Part shown: one piece after another, positions 40,945 through 49,647 of the stretch
Numbering within the stretch: position 1 is the stretch's first letter
How the letters are laid out: every line of letters begins with the position of its first letter
NCBI GenBank assembly: GCA_963667175.2
Contig: CAXXXF010000014.1
Coordinates: 320,001-384,000 of the forward strand
Length of the DNA: 64,000 bases
Source of the DNA: Candidatus Latescibacterota bacterium
GTDB taxonomy: Bacteria > Latescibacterota > UBA2968 > GCA-2709665
Direction of reading: 5' to 3'
Made by a program: the position numbers and the translations under genes
The notes under the pieces: model-generated
Told to the model about the DNA's origin: nothing
The model's input: only the letters and a program-made list of their open reading frames with translations
The model's database searches: none

Positions 40945-42048
40945 TCAGTAAACGCCCACCACGACCGACTCCTGCATTTCGGAGAACAGTCCCAGATTCC
41001 TCACCCCGTCCCACGGAAACGCCCCGCTCGGTTCCGCCCGTTCGCCCTCGTCCCGTTCCAGAAACCGCGGCATGAAGAACTCGCGGGTCAGCGTCGTCAG
41101 CATCACGCGGCCAACGGTGTTGTAATCCACCAGCCGGTCCGGATGATCGGGATCCACCAATTCGATCACCGCCCTGGGAACCGGCGGATAATAGGTGATG
41201 GCATAATTGTCCGAAGGCTCCAGCGGCTTGGAATACGCCAATCCCATCAATGTATTTCCGTAGGTCGGCACGAAATCGATGCCGGGAATGAGTTCCTCCC
41301 TGGCGAACCGGTTGAACTGTGCGTCCATCTCGGTTCCCCCGCAGAAAATTCCGGTTATCCCGGCTTTCTTCAGCGAGATCTTTTCGCAGATCGCTTCGAG
41401 AAGCTTCGGGGTCGTGAACATACACTTCACATGGTCGTTCGCCCGAAGAATGGTCAGCGCCTGGTCGATCACGTGCGCCTTGTAGAGATCCAGTTCCTGG
41501 AGCGCTCCCCGAGCAATCAATTTGTTCACCCACCTGGGATCCAGGTCCACCAGGAAACAGACCCCGCCGCGGATCTGGCAGAGGTATTCAACCGCCAGGC
41601 GCAGTCGCCTCGGACCCGTCGGACCCAGCATCAGCCAGTCGGCGCCCCTCGGAAACGTCTCGTTTGAAAGGTACCCGCTGAACGTCTCGTAGTCGATCTG
41701 AAAGTCATCCTGGCTGATCCGGTATTTCGCGACGCCCGTGGACCCTCCCGTCTCAAAGACAAACGTCCGCTTCCCGGCGCTTCCCCGGGGAATCCAGCGG
41801 CGCACCGGGCCCCCGCGAAGCCAATCGTCCTGAAAATGACCCAGAATCTTCAGATCCGCGAAACGACCGATCTCCCCGCGTGGATCGAAATCCAGCCCAT
41901 CCGCGAATTCCAGCCAGAACGGGCAGCCGGTTTCGGGATTGAAGTGCCACGCTACCGTCTCCCGAACGTGGGCATCCAGTTCGTCTCTCGCAATCTTGAT
42001 TTTGTCGGCAATTTGCATGTTCTTCGCGACCCGCTCCTCAGTCGTCAT
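40945..42048 (-). CDS. EhpF/LuxE-like adenylate-forming enzyme
   Basis: WHFNPETGCPFW, P-loop ETGGSTG..K, DLDPRWV, YGNTLMG, GRVMLTTL, ERD; lacks the C-terminal ANL subdomain. Confidence 0.7.
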   Translation of the reverse strand: MTTEERVAKNMQIADKIKIARDELDAHVRETVAWHFNPETGCPFWLEFADGLDFDPRGEIGRFADLKILGHFQDDWLRGGPVRRWIPRGSAGKRTFVFETGGSTGVAKYRISQDDFQIDYETFSGYLSNETFPRGADWLMLGPTGPRRLRLAVEYLCQIRGGVCFLVDLDPRWVNKLIARGALQELDLYKAHVIDQALTILRANDHVKCMFTTPKLLEAICEKISLKKAGITGIFCGGTEMDAQFNRFAREELIPGIDFVPTYGNTLMGLAYSKPLEPSDNYAITYYPPVPRAVIELVDPDHPDRLVDYNTVGRVMLTTLTREFFMPRFLERDEGERAEPSGAFPWDGVRNLGLFSEMQESVVVGVY

Positions 42049-43138
42049 CCCGCCACGCGTCCAACGGATGCCGTCGGTCGGAAAGCGGCAGTGCAATCCG
42101 GCGTCCGCCTTCCCTGTGGGACTGGTAGATGCCCAGGATCATCTCGAAAGCCGTCCGGGCCGCTTCGCCGCTTGACGGCGGTTCCGTCCCTTCCTCGATC
42201 GCCGCGGCGATGCGGCGGTACATCCTGGCAATGGAATCCCGGGCCTCCGATCCTGCCGACTCGACGGGCGTCCAGTCCCCCTGGCCCCCCGGCAACCCTT
42301 CCATCGGCCTGGGCAGATGCCAAAGCGCCTGTCCAACGCTGCCGGAAGCGCGGACCGACAATTGCCCGTGGGTTCCGATGACGTCCACGCCGTAATTTGC
42401 GCTGTTGGGCGACGCGAATTCCAGGAAATGGATTTCCCCCAGAACGCCCCCCTCGAATCCGTACTGAGCCACCGCGCGGTCGCCCATCACCAGCCCGGAA
42501 TCCCTGTCCTTCGGCGACATCTCCTTTGCTTCCATGATGTCGTTGACGTCCGCCAGGCGTCCCTGAAAATAAACGCTGCCGGCGCACCACACGGGCCGGC
42601 CGCCGAAGCGCATCATCATATCCGCCACGTGCGTTCCCATCTCCGTAAACTCGTTTCCGCTACGCCGCCCGGACTTGTTCCGGCCGCGCACCAGCACGAC
42701 CTCCCCGACGTCCCCGTTGCGTACCATTTCCCGCGCCTTCAGGACCGCCGAACTCTCGTGGCTCTGCTGGTTGACGGCAAGACGCGCGCCCGATGCCGCG
42801 GCCGCCGCGACCATCTCGTCCGCCTCTGCGGGGTCGATGGCAATCGGCTTCTCGCATAGTACGGATAGACCGCGCTTCAGCGCCGCCACGGTGGGCGCGT
42901 GATGCCCCCTGGTCTGGGTGGCCACCACGACGAGATCGGGCCGCGCCTCGTCGTACATCCGATCGAAATCCAGGAACCGCGCCGGCACGCCGTGCGCGTC
43001 TCCGGTCTCCCTGAGGGTCCCGGCAAACACGTCGCAGATCCCGGCAACCTCGAAGCCGGACAGCCCGCCAATGACACTCAGATGCTGGCGCCCCATCCCC
43101 CCGCAACCGACCAGAACGACCCGAACCGTCTTCCCCAC
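42038..43138 (-). CDS. Gfo/Idh/MocA family NAD(P)-dependent oxidoreductase
   Basis: VGCGGMG, CEKP, EMGTH; GTG start after AAAGGAG. Confidence 0.92.
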   Translation of the reverse strand: MGKTVRVVLVGCGGMGRQHLSVIGGLSGFEVAGICDVFAGTLRETGDAHGVPARFLDFDRMYDEARPDLVVVATQTRGHHAPTVAALKRGLSVLCEKPIAIDPAEADEMVAAAAASGARLAVNQQSHESSAVLKAREMVRNGDVGEVVLVRGRNKSGRRSGNEFTEMGTHVADMMMRFGGRPVWCAGSVYFQGRLADVNDIMEAKEMSPKDRDSGLVMGDRAVAQYGFEGGVLGEIHFLEFASPNSANYGVDVIGTHGQLSVRASGSVGQALWHLPRPMEGLPGGQGDWTPVESAGSEARDSIARMYRRIAAAIEEGTEPPSSGEAARTAFEMILGIYQSHREGGRRIALPLSDRRHPLDAWRDDD

Positions 43139-43149
43139 GGCAGCTCCTT

Positions 43150-44238
43150 TCAATTCCCGTCTTCCCAGCCGTCCGGCGCCAGCCTGGACAGGGGATTCTG
43201 ACGGTGGCATTCTTCCATCACCGCCACTTGCGCCGCGACCTGCTCCGGCGTAATGAACAACGGCGCGCCTTCGCGCAATACGTCGTACAGGTGGTCGTAA
43301 TACGCCCTGGACATATACGTGAACGCTTGCTTTTCCTCCTCATCGGGCGCCCACGACTCCTCGGTCCAGGGCAGCTCCTCGCGGCAATAGCTCGGCCCCG
43401 GCAACGGGGACCGCAACAGCCTTTGCTCGGGCGCATCCGCTGGATCGAAATACCGCCACCTGATCCCTTCGGCGCCGCCCGCCAACCCGCCCCGTGTGCC
43501 GTAGACACGATACATGTCGTCGGAATACGGGTCGCACGAAGAGATCTCAAGGTCGATCGTGGGAGATCCGGGGCGCCGCAGCAGCACCTTGACGTGGTCC
43601 TCAGCGTCTCCGTACGTATTCGCCCGGTCCATGACGCAGTGCACCGATGGCTTCTTCCAATCCAGGAGGCAGAGGGCCTGGTCCATGGGATGGGGCCCGG
43701 TATTCAGCAGGTTGCCGCCATTGAACTCCTGCAGCGTCTGCCAGTCCCATCGGCGGGCGAACCCGTTGAACGCAATGCGGATCTGCACGATGCGGCCCAT
43801 GACGCCGGAACCGATCACCCGCTGTATCTGTTGAAAATGCGGCGCGTATCTCGACTGCTGGAACGGCGCGAAGACTCTGTCCGATCGTTCGGACGCCGCC
43901 ACCATGCGCCGGAAGTCTTCCGTGCTGGATGCCAGGGGCTTTTCACACACGACGTGATGACCCGCGTCGAACGCTTCCTCCGTGGTCCGCGTATGCATAT
44001 GGCTGGGCAACGCGTTGACCACCAGGTCGAGGTCATCCCGCGCCAGCACGTCCCTGTAGTCCGCGTACGCGTCGCATTCGAACTCACGTTCCGCGCGGTC
44101 GCGACGGTCCCGCAGCAGATCCGACACGGCCGCAATCCGGTATTTCGCGGGGGACCGGACCAGCCACTCCGCGTGAATATCCCGACCGCTGCGTCCCTGG
44201 CCCAGAATGCCGACCCGCACACACCCGCTGCCTGCCAT
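43150..44238 (-). CDS. Gfo/Idh/MocA family NAD(P)-dependent oxidoreductase
   Basis: LGQGRSG, CEKP, GGNLLNTGPH. Confidence 0.92.
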   Translation of the reverse strand: MAGSGCVRVGILGQGRSGRDIHAEWLVRSPAKYRIAAVSDLLRDRRDRAEREFECDAYADYRDVLARDDLDLVVNALPSHMHTRTTEEAFDAGHHVVCEKPLASSTEDFRRMVAASERSDRVFAPFQQSRYAPHFQQIQRVIGSGVMGRIVQIRIAFNGFARRWDWQTLQEFNGGNLLNTGPHPMDQALCLLDWKKPSVHCVMDRANTYGDAEDHVKVLLRRPGSPTIDLEISSCDPYSDDMYRVYGTRGGLAGGAEGIRWRYFDPADAPEQRLLRSPLPGPSYCREELPWTEESWAPDEEEKQAFTYMSRAYYDHLYDVLREGAPLFITPEQVAAQVAVMEECHRQNPLSRLAPDGWEDGN

Positions 44239-44265
44239 CTTTCCGGCCTCCATAGATGCTTAACG

Positions 44266-46803
44266 TTATTCTTCGCCCAGGTCCGCGTCCGCAAGCGCGC
44301 CGAGAAGGTAGGGCACGCCGAAAAACAACAGACTGATGTGCATCGGGCTCATTTCGACCGCCCCGCGGCGTTTCGGATCGTCTCCCCAGTCCTGGCTTTC
44401 GATCAGGACCTGCAGCACCGCCTGACCGATCTCCAGGTATTTCACGTTCCCCGTCAGCCGGAACGCGTAGCCCAGGTGCCGGCACAGGACGCCTCCGTAC
44501 CGCTCCTGAATGGCTTTCTCCGCGTTCATGGCGTCGGGATAGCCACAGAACCAGTCCACGGCCCGGCGGTAGACCTCCTCGACGTCTTCCCTTCCGGTGA
44601 GCCGGTGCAGCAGTTCCAGGCCCACCAGAAGGTAATGGGTCTGATAGCCCTTCTGCTCCGAAACCGGCAGGACCCTGTGAACCGACTTCGCGTCCCCCCT
44701 CAGCTTGCGAAACTCGGCATCGGTAAACGGTGAGGCCGTGCCCATCTCCACGGCCAGCGTGGTACCCTCGGTGGCCATGCCGTACGGCCGCTGGTCGGAC
44801 AGCCGGTCCGCGGTGGAAATCTGAAACCGTTTGTGCCAGCTTCCATCGTCGTTCTGGCCCCGCGCAATCGCCTCATACACCTCGAGCGCCCGTGACTTGA
44901 AACGCGCCTCTCCCGTAACCTCGTACACGTAAAGCAGACCGCGCAACGCGTTCGATATGCTGCGCAGGCTGAAGCTGAACGCAGGGTCTTCCGTCCACCG
45001 GTATCGCGACAGAAACTCGCCCGCCTCGCGGATCACCTCCAGCGTTCGCAGGTCGCCCGTCAGGTAGTAATGGTCCATCCAGCCGTCAAGAAACGTATGG
45101 GACGCGCAACTCTCATCTCCGAAATGGTCCACGCTATGGCGGAAACAGCCGCCCACCATATAGGGTCTGAACGGGTGATAGTGGCAGGTATCCACGTCCA
45201 CCGAATGCCGTGTCATGGCTTCACCGAGCAGAAAATACCCCGGCTCGCCCGTCCGCATGTACTGGATCCAGACCCCGTGGCGCGGATCCCACTCGCTGTT
45301 GCACCACCCCCAGCGACCGTAGAACCGCCAGTCGTCGGTACCCTGGTCCCAGGCCACCAGCGCGTCGCCCCAGTCAAAAAAGCCGTACCAGGCGCCCAGT
45401 TCGATATTCCGTTGCAGCCAGTCGAGGAAGGCCGACATCATCCGCTCGGATTTCGGGAAACGTCCGGCGTCAAGGGGTTGAAACCCCCCCGTCGCTCCGC
45501 CGGCCGCCATTGAGACCGGATCCACAGATACGTGCGGCAGATCAAGCCATCCTCTCAAACGATCGGGAACGCTGTCGCTTTCCGATGCCCGGTAGAAGCA
45601 GACAAAGAACTCGGTTGTCTTGGACGTACCGGTGCCATCCGCGTAAACCCCCTCGCCGTCATCCCACGCCACGGCCTCCGAATACCGTTTGAGCGAAAGG
45701 CGTTTCCCGTCGGGATCCTTCCAGCAGTACACGTCGATGCCGTCGCCGATGCCCGATACGCCAAGCGCTTTCGGGTATTCCTCGGGCATGTGGCGCAGGC
45801 CGACGCCAACGCCGACCCGTCCGTCCTCGCAGGTGATCCAGCCTTCGGTGCGGTCCCCTTCGGCGAGTGTTCCCGTGCGCCGGCCCTGACGCCGCTCCAG
45901 GCGGAAGTGATTGTGAAGCCGCTGGGAGAGCAACAGCGATTCACCGGCGTCCGCCACACCCGCGATCTCGCGGCTTGCGGCAACCCTGTAATTCACGGCG
46001 CCGGACAACGAGGCCGGCACGCGCAGACCGATTTCCTCCACTTCCGTCTCTCTCGGATTGCATGCCGCGACCACGGTGTGCAGCACCCGTAACTCGGAAC
46101 GGCCGGCATACGCGTAGATTCGAGTCACGAAACGAAACGGCCGATACCCCGCGTAGTGGTGCATCGGCAGATCGGCCTCGAAAGCGCCTTCACACCGGAT
46201 CACGGCCCGGAGCGGGCCGGCTTCCTCGACGCTCACGACGTATGAGGTCTCCGCGAGGGACGCCAGGCAGTCGCCGCCCATCCCGTAAATGTACCGCTTC
46301 CCTTCGTCGTCCAGAAACGACTCGCTGATCCGCACCCAGGCGTCCCCACCGGGACTTGCGACTTCCGTTTCCGGCGCAAACCCGCCGTCCGCGTCCGTCC
46401 TGCCCAACGCGACCGACTCCAACAGGGAAAACCGCCCGCGGTCCACGGCGAACCGGAGGGGACCCGTACACACAACCAGTCTCTCGTCGTCCTCCCGAAT
46501 ACGGACCTCCTCGCCAGGGTCAGCCCGTTCAACGCTCTGAAAGACGATATAGGACGACCTGCCACCCGGCGGCACATCCGCCTGAAAGTCCACGAGGACC
46601 CACTTCAGACTCCCGTCCGGCCACCGACTCAACGTGCGAAACTGCGCGGCCACGGGTCGGCCGTCCGCGTCTTCCACGCCCAACCGGGCCGGATCCTGAA
46701 CGGCGCCGCTCGGAAACGGGACCCCCCGCGTCACCGGCCAATTGCAACGTTCGACGCCGGCAGTTTCAACCACATGCAACCCGACTGCGACACGTTCCTG
46801 CAT
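44266..46803 (-). CDS. Exo-rhamnogalacturonan lyase-like (PcRGLX/YetA-type) large protein
   Basis: N-terminal PVTRGVPFP...WPDGSLKWVL barrel, GPLRAVI, WYGFFDWGD, WCNSE, RHSVDVD, YYLTGD. Confidence 0.7.
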   Translation of the reverse strand: MQERVAVGLHVVETAGVERCNWPVTRGVPFPSGAVQDPARLGVEDADGRPVAAQFRTLSRWPDGSLKWVLVDFQADVPPGGRSSYIVFQSVERADPGEEVRIREDDERLVVCTGPLRFAVDRGRFSLLESVALGRTDADGGFAPETEVASPGGDAWVRISESFLDDEGKRYIYGMGGDCLASLAETSYVVSVEEAGPLRAVIRCEGAFEADLPMHHYAGYRPFRFVTRIYAYAGRSELRVLHTVVAACNPRETEVEEIGLRVPASLSGAVNYRVAASREIAGVADAGESLLLSQRLHNHFRLERRQGRRTGTLAEGDRTEGWITCEDGRVGVGVGLRHMPEEYPKALGVSGIGDGIDVYCWKDPDGKRLSLKRYSEAVAWDDGEGVYADGTGTSKTTEFFVCFYRASESDSVPDRLRGWLDLPHVSVDPVSMAAGGATGGFQPLDAGRFPKSERMMSAFLDWLQRNIELGAWYGFFDWGDALVAWDQGTDDWRFYGRWGWCNSEWDPRHGVWIQYMRTGEPGYFLLGEAMTRHSVDVDTCHYHPFRPYMVGGCFRHSVDHFGDESCASHTFLDGWMDHYYLTGDLRTLEVIREAGEFLSRYRWTEDPAFSFSLRSISNALRGLLYVYEVTGEARFKSRALEVYEAIARGQNDDGSWHKRFQISTADRLSDQRPYGMATEGTTLAVEMGTASPFTDAEFRKLRGDAKSVHRVLPVSEQKGYQTHYLLVGLELLHRLTGREDVEEVYRRAVDWFCGYPDAMNAEKAIQERYGGVLCRHLGYAFRLTGNVKYLEIGQAVLQVLIESQDWGDDPKRRGAVEMSPMHISLLFFGVPYLLGALADADLGEE

Positions 46804-46848
46804 GATTGGCATCTCCAGATCATCAAACAAAACGATAGACAGGATGGA

Positions 46849-46875
46849 CCTGCCTGCTGAAGCAGGCGAGGCAGG
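46849..46875. repeat. CCTGCCT...AGGCAGG mini-palindrome
   Basis: cctgcctgctgaagcaggcgaggcagg inserted within a gacaggatgga-caggat repeat; right end could extend to 46879. Confidence 0.65.
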
Positions 46876-46982
46876 CAGGATAAAAACACTGGAGTCGAGA
46901 AAACAAACAACCCGGCATCGTGTACTGTCAACAGTTTCACGGTGTTCCGGCCGTCTGCATTTTGATGTTTGCCTTTGATTCA

Positions 46983-47014
46983 AGCTGACGGCCGATAGCT
47001 GATTGCTGACTGCT
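46983..47014. repeat. Heptamer tandem array (GCTGAnn)
   Basis: agctgacggccgatagctgattgctgactgct just downstream of the larA stop; same type as 12308-12339. Confidence 0.65.
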
Positions 47015-47020
47015 ACCGTT

Positions 47021-48304
47021 TTATTGATCCGACAGATAAGGAATCGTCAACGGGCCGTCCGGCAGCACCGCCACCCTCGCATGGCCGCCGACCGCCCGGA
47101 TTTCTTCCCGAAGGGTCGCCTCCAGATCTTCGACGGCGGCCAGCTTGCACGCCTCGATATCAGCCCGATCCAACCTGGAATAAACGCCCACGTCGACGCG
47201 TTCGAGAATGGCAGCCAGGGTCTGCGCCTGCCACTGGTCCGGAATGGGTTCCCGGTCGCGCACCGCCTTCAGGACGTCCCGGGGCCCCTCTCCGGCCCGC
47301 ATCAATTCGGCGAAGTTCCCGTGATCCGGCACGCCGTCGCTGCACTCGCTGGCAACGAGCACGGTCCCGCCGTCTTCCACGATGCGGGCGGCCGCCGACA
47401 TGCCCTTGACGGCCTGGTAGAGGTTCTGGTCCAGCGGGTACCCGCTGTTCGACGTCAGCGCGACGTGGAACGGCCTGTCGACCGGCGCCATCGAGGCCGC
47501 CCTGGCGGCGTCGCACCCCCGTCGATGGGCTTCCAGGTAGTTCCCCGCATAGAACCCTGATATCGCCTTTTCGTCGTTCAGCGTCACGTTGACCAGGAAA
47601 TCCGGCGGACACAGCGCAACGGCTTCTCGGACCTCCCGTTGCAATGGGTTCCCGTCGAGCACCCCCCATGTACTCATCGGATTCGCAATCAGGTCGGACC
47701 GATGCAGCCGATAGATCGTTTCGACGCCCGCCACTCCCGGCGCCACGCCCTTCGGCCCACCCGAAAAACCGGCGAAGAAATGGGGCTCTATGAATCCCAA
47801 CACAATCCGCTTGTCCGCCTCCACGTACGCTCTGTCCAGCCATACGTCCGTTCCGCATGCGGACCTGCCCACGCGCACGTTATTCGATCGGTCGTACGCG
47901 TCATGATTCCGGATCCTCAGCCGGTCGGCAACAGCGCTTCCGAACATGCCCTCGATTTCCGCGTCCGTATTCGCCCGATGCGTGCCGTTTCCCAGCAGCA
48001 CCGAGACCTGGTCCCCGCGCGCCGGCAGGGCTTCCAGAATCCAGGGAATCAACTGCCGGTTGGGCACGGGGCGGGTACCGTCGGAGGTGACGATGACCAC
48101 GTTGTCCCGCGGTGAAACCAGTTCGCCGAGGGGATCCGAGGCGACCGGATTCTCGACCGCCTCCCGAAAACGAGATTTCGGATCCGGAATCGCTCCCTCG
48201 AAGGAAGGACGTATCACCTCCCATTCCGCCAGGTCGGGGTCCGCACTGACGCTCACGCTGCCGCGCCCGAAAGCGACCTCGACCCGATGTTCATCAATGA
48301 GCAT
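47021..48304 (-). CDS. larA: Nickel-pincer-dependent lactate racemase family (LarA homologue)
   Basis: SDGTRP, GNGTHR, IEPHFFAGFSGG.K..PG, GYPLDQNLYQAVKG, ECSDG. Confidence 0.88.
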   Translation of the reverse strand: MLIDEHRVEVAFGRGSVSVSADPDLAEWEVIRPSFEGAIPDPKSRFREAVENPVASDPLGELVSPRDNVVIVTSDGTRPVPNRQLIPWILEALPARGDQVSVLLGNGTHRANTDAEIEGMFGSAVADRLRIRNHDAYDRSNNVRVGRSACGTDVWLDRAYVEADKRIVLGFIEPHFFAGFSGGPKGVAPGVAGVETIYRLHRSDLIANPMSTWGVLDGNPLQREVREAVALCPPDFLVNVTLNDEKAISGFYAGNYLEAHRRGCDAARAASMAPVDRPFHVALTSNSGYPLDQNLYQAVKGMSAAARIVEDGGTVLVASECSDGVPDHGNFAELMRAGEGPRDVLKAVRDREPIPDQWQAQTLAAILERVDVGVYSRLDRADIEACKLAAVEDLEATLREEIRAVGGHARVAVLPDGPLTIPYLSDQ

Positions 48305-48848
48305 CACGATCTCCGATTTTGGCGGATCCTCGTCCACTGCCCGACACCTCCCGTCGCCAGCGAAATCTACGGCCTGCACGTCCCTTTGTCAAGCACGGCA
48401 GGTTGTCTCGAAGCCATTCGGGCGGGGTACCGACCGAACCACGCGATACGACGACGGGCGGTCCAAGACTCCCTCGCGAAAGCGGGTGTGCGCCACGTAG
48501 ACGTAAGGCTGTCCGGCTCGGTGATTGCGTTGACATGCGAATGGGCATACGCTATATTTCTCGAATTCCACCGCACCGTCACCGTCTCACCGGTCTCAGG
48601 CCTCCGCTTCCCGAAACCCGCCCTTTCCTGTCTTATCGATCTGATGCAGGGACAGGAATACCAACCATTCACTGCTCCTGGCAGTCACTCTGTTTGCCTT
48701 TTCCTGCACTGTTGTATGATGTCCGCCGTCTTCTGTTCGCCGTTTTTTCTTCGTTTTCTCGTTCTCTCGTTTCTCTGTGTCTTCGTTTCTTCGTATGAGT
48801 TCGTTGTCACTCTCGTCGGTGCGTGCAGTACGTCACGGTTTGAATCCT

Positions 48849-49592
48849 ATGTCGGAAACGATTATCGTCGTCCCGTGTTATAACGAAGCGGGCCGCCTTC
48901 CCATTGAAACGTTTCGTGGATTCGTCAGAAGGACGCACGGCATCAGGTTCCTGTTCGTCGACGACGGCAGTACTGACGCCACGGCCGAGGTCCTGTCTTC
49001 GCTGCAATCCTCGGACACTGGTTCATTTGACGTACACACCCTCACGGAGAACTCCGGCAAGGGCGAGGCCGTACGGCAGGGATTCCTCAAGGCATTCGAA
49101 TCCGACCCCGACTACGTCGGATTCTGGGACGCGGACCTCGCCACGCCGCTGGAAGCCATTCGGGAATTCCGCGGCGTCCTGGACGACAGGCCGGACGTCG
49201 AGATGGCCTTTGGCGCACGGGTGCGCCTTCTGGGTAGGGCAATCAGCCGCAACCGGTTGAGGCACTCTCTGAGCAGACTGTTCGCGATTGCCGCCTCCCT
49301 GTTTCTTCGCGTGGACATCTATGACACGCAATGCGGCGCGAAACTGTTCCGGGCAACGCCGGGGCTGCCCTCGCTTTTTCAGGATCCCTTCGCCACCCGA
49401 TGGATTTTCGACGTCGAAATCATCGCCAGGTTGATGCGCGCCAGAGCGGGTACGCAGCGACCGCAGGTGCGGGACGTCGTGTACGAGGTCCCCCTTTCGG
49501 AATGGCGGGACGCGGCGGGATCGAAAATCAGGGTTCGCGACTTCGTCATTGCGATTTTCGGTATGATCGAAATCTTCCGCAGATATCGATAG
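48849..49592 (+). CDS. Glycosyltransferase family 2 (dolichyl/polyprenol-phosphate sugar synthase-like)
   Basis: VVPCYNEA, VDDGSTD, NSGKGEAV, DADLATP, DTQCGAKLF, FDVE. Confidence 0.92.
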   Translation: MSETIIVVPCYNEAGRLPIETFRGFVRRTHGIRFLFVDDGSTDATAEVLSSLQSSDTGSFDVHTLTENSGKGEAVRQGFLKAFESDPDYVGFWDADLATPLEAIREFRGVLDDRPDVEMAFGARVRLLGRAISRNRLRHSLSRLFAIAASLFLRVDIYDTQCGAKLFRATPGLPSLFQDPFATRWIFDVEIIARLMRARAGTQRPQVRDVVYEVPLSEWRDAAGSKIRVRDFVIAIFGMIEIFRRYR

Positions 49593-49647
49593 GTTCGAGG
49601 CTGGTATCGACGCTATTTCCACGATCAAAGAAGATCGGGGCGCGTAC

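Noticed and set aside
39431-42048. Phenazine biosynthesis or lux bioluminescence locus
   Set aside because: No phzA-G or luxA/B/D genes; only the adenylation/reduction pair is similar
48740-48800. Pyrimidine-rich TTCGT-type low-complexity tract (similar at about 4690-4715)
   Set aside because: Too degenerate to define a repeat unit or function; possibly an element scar
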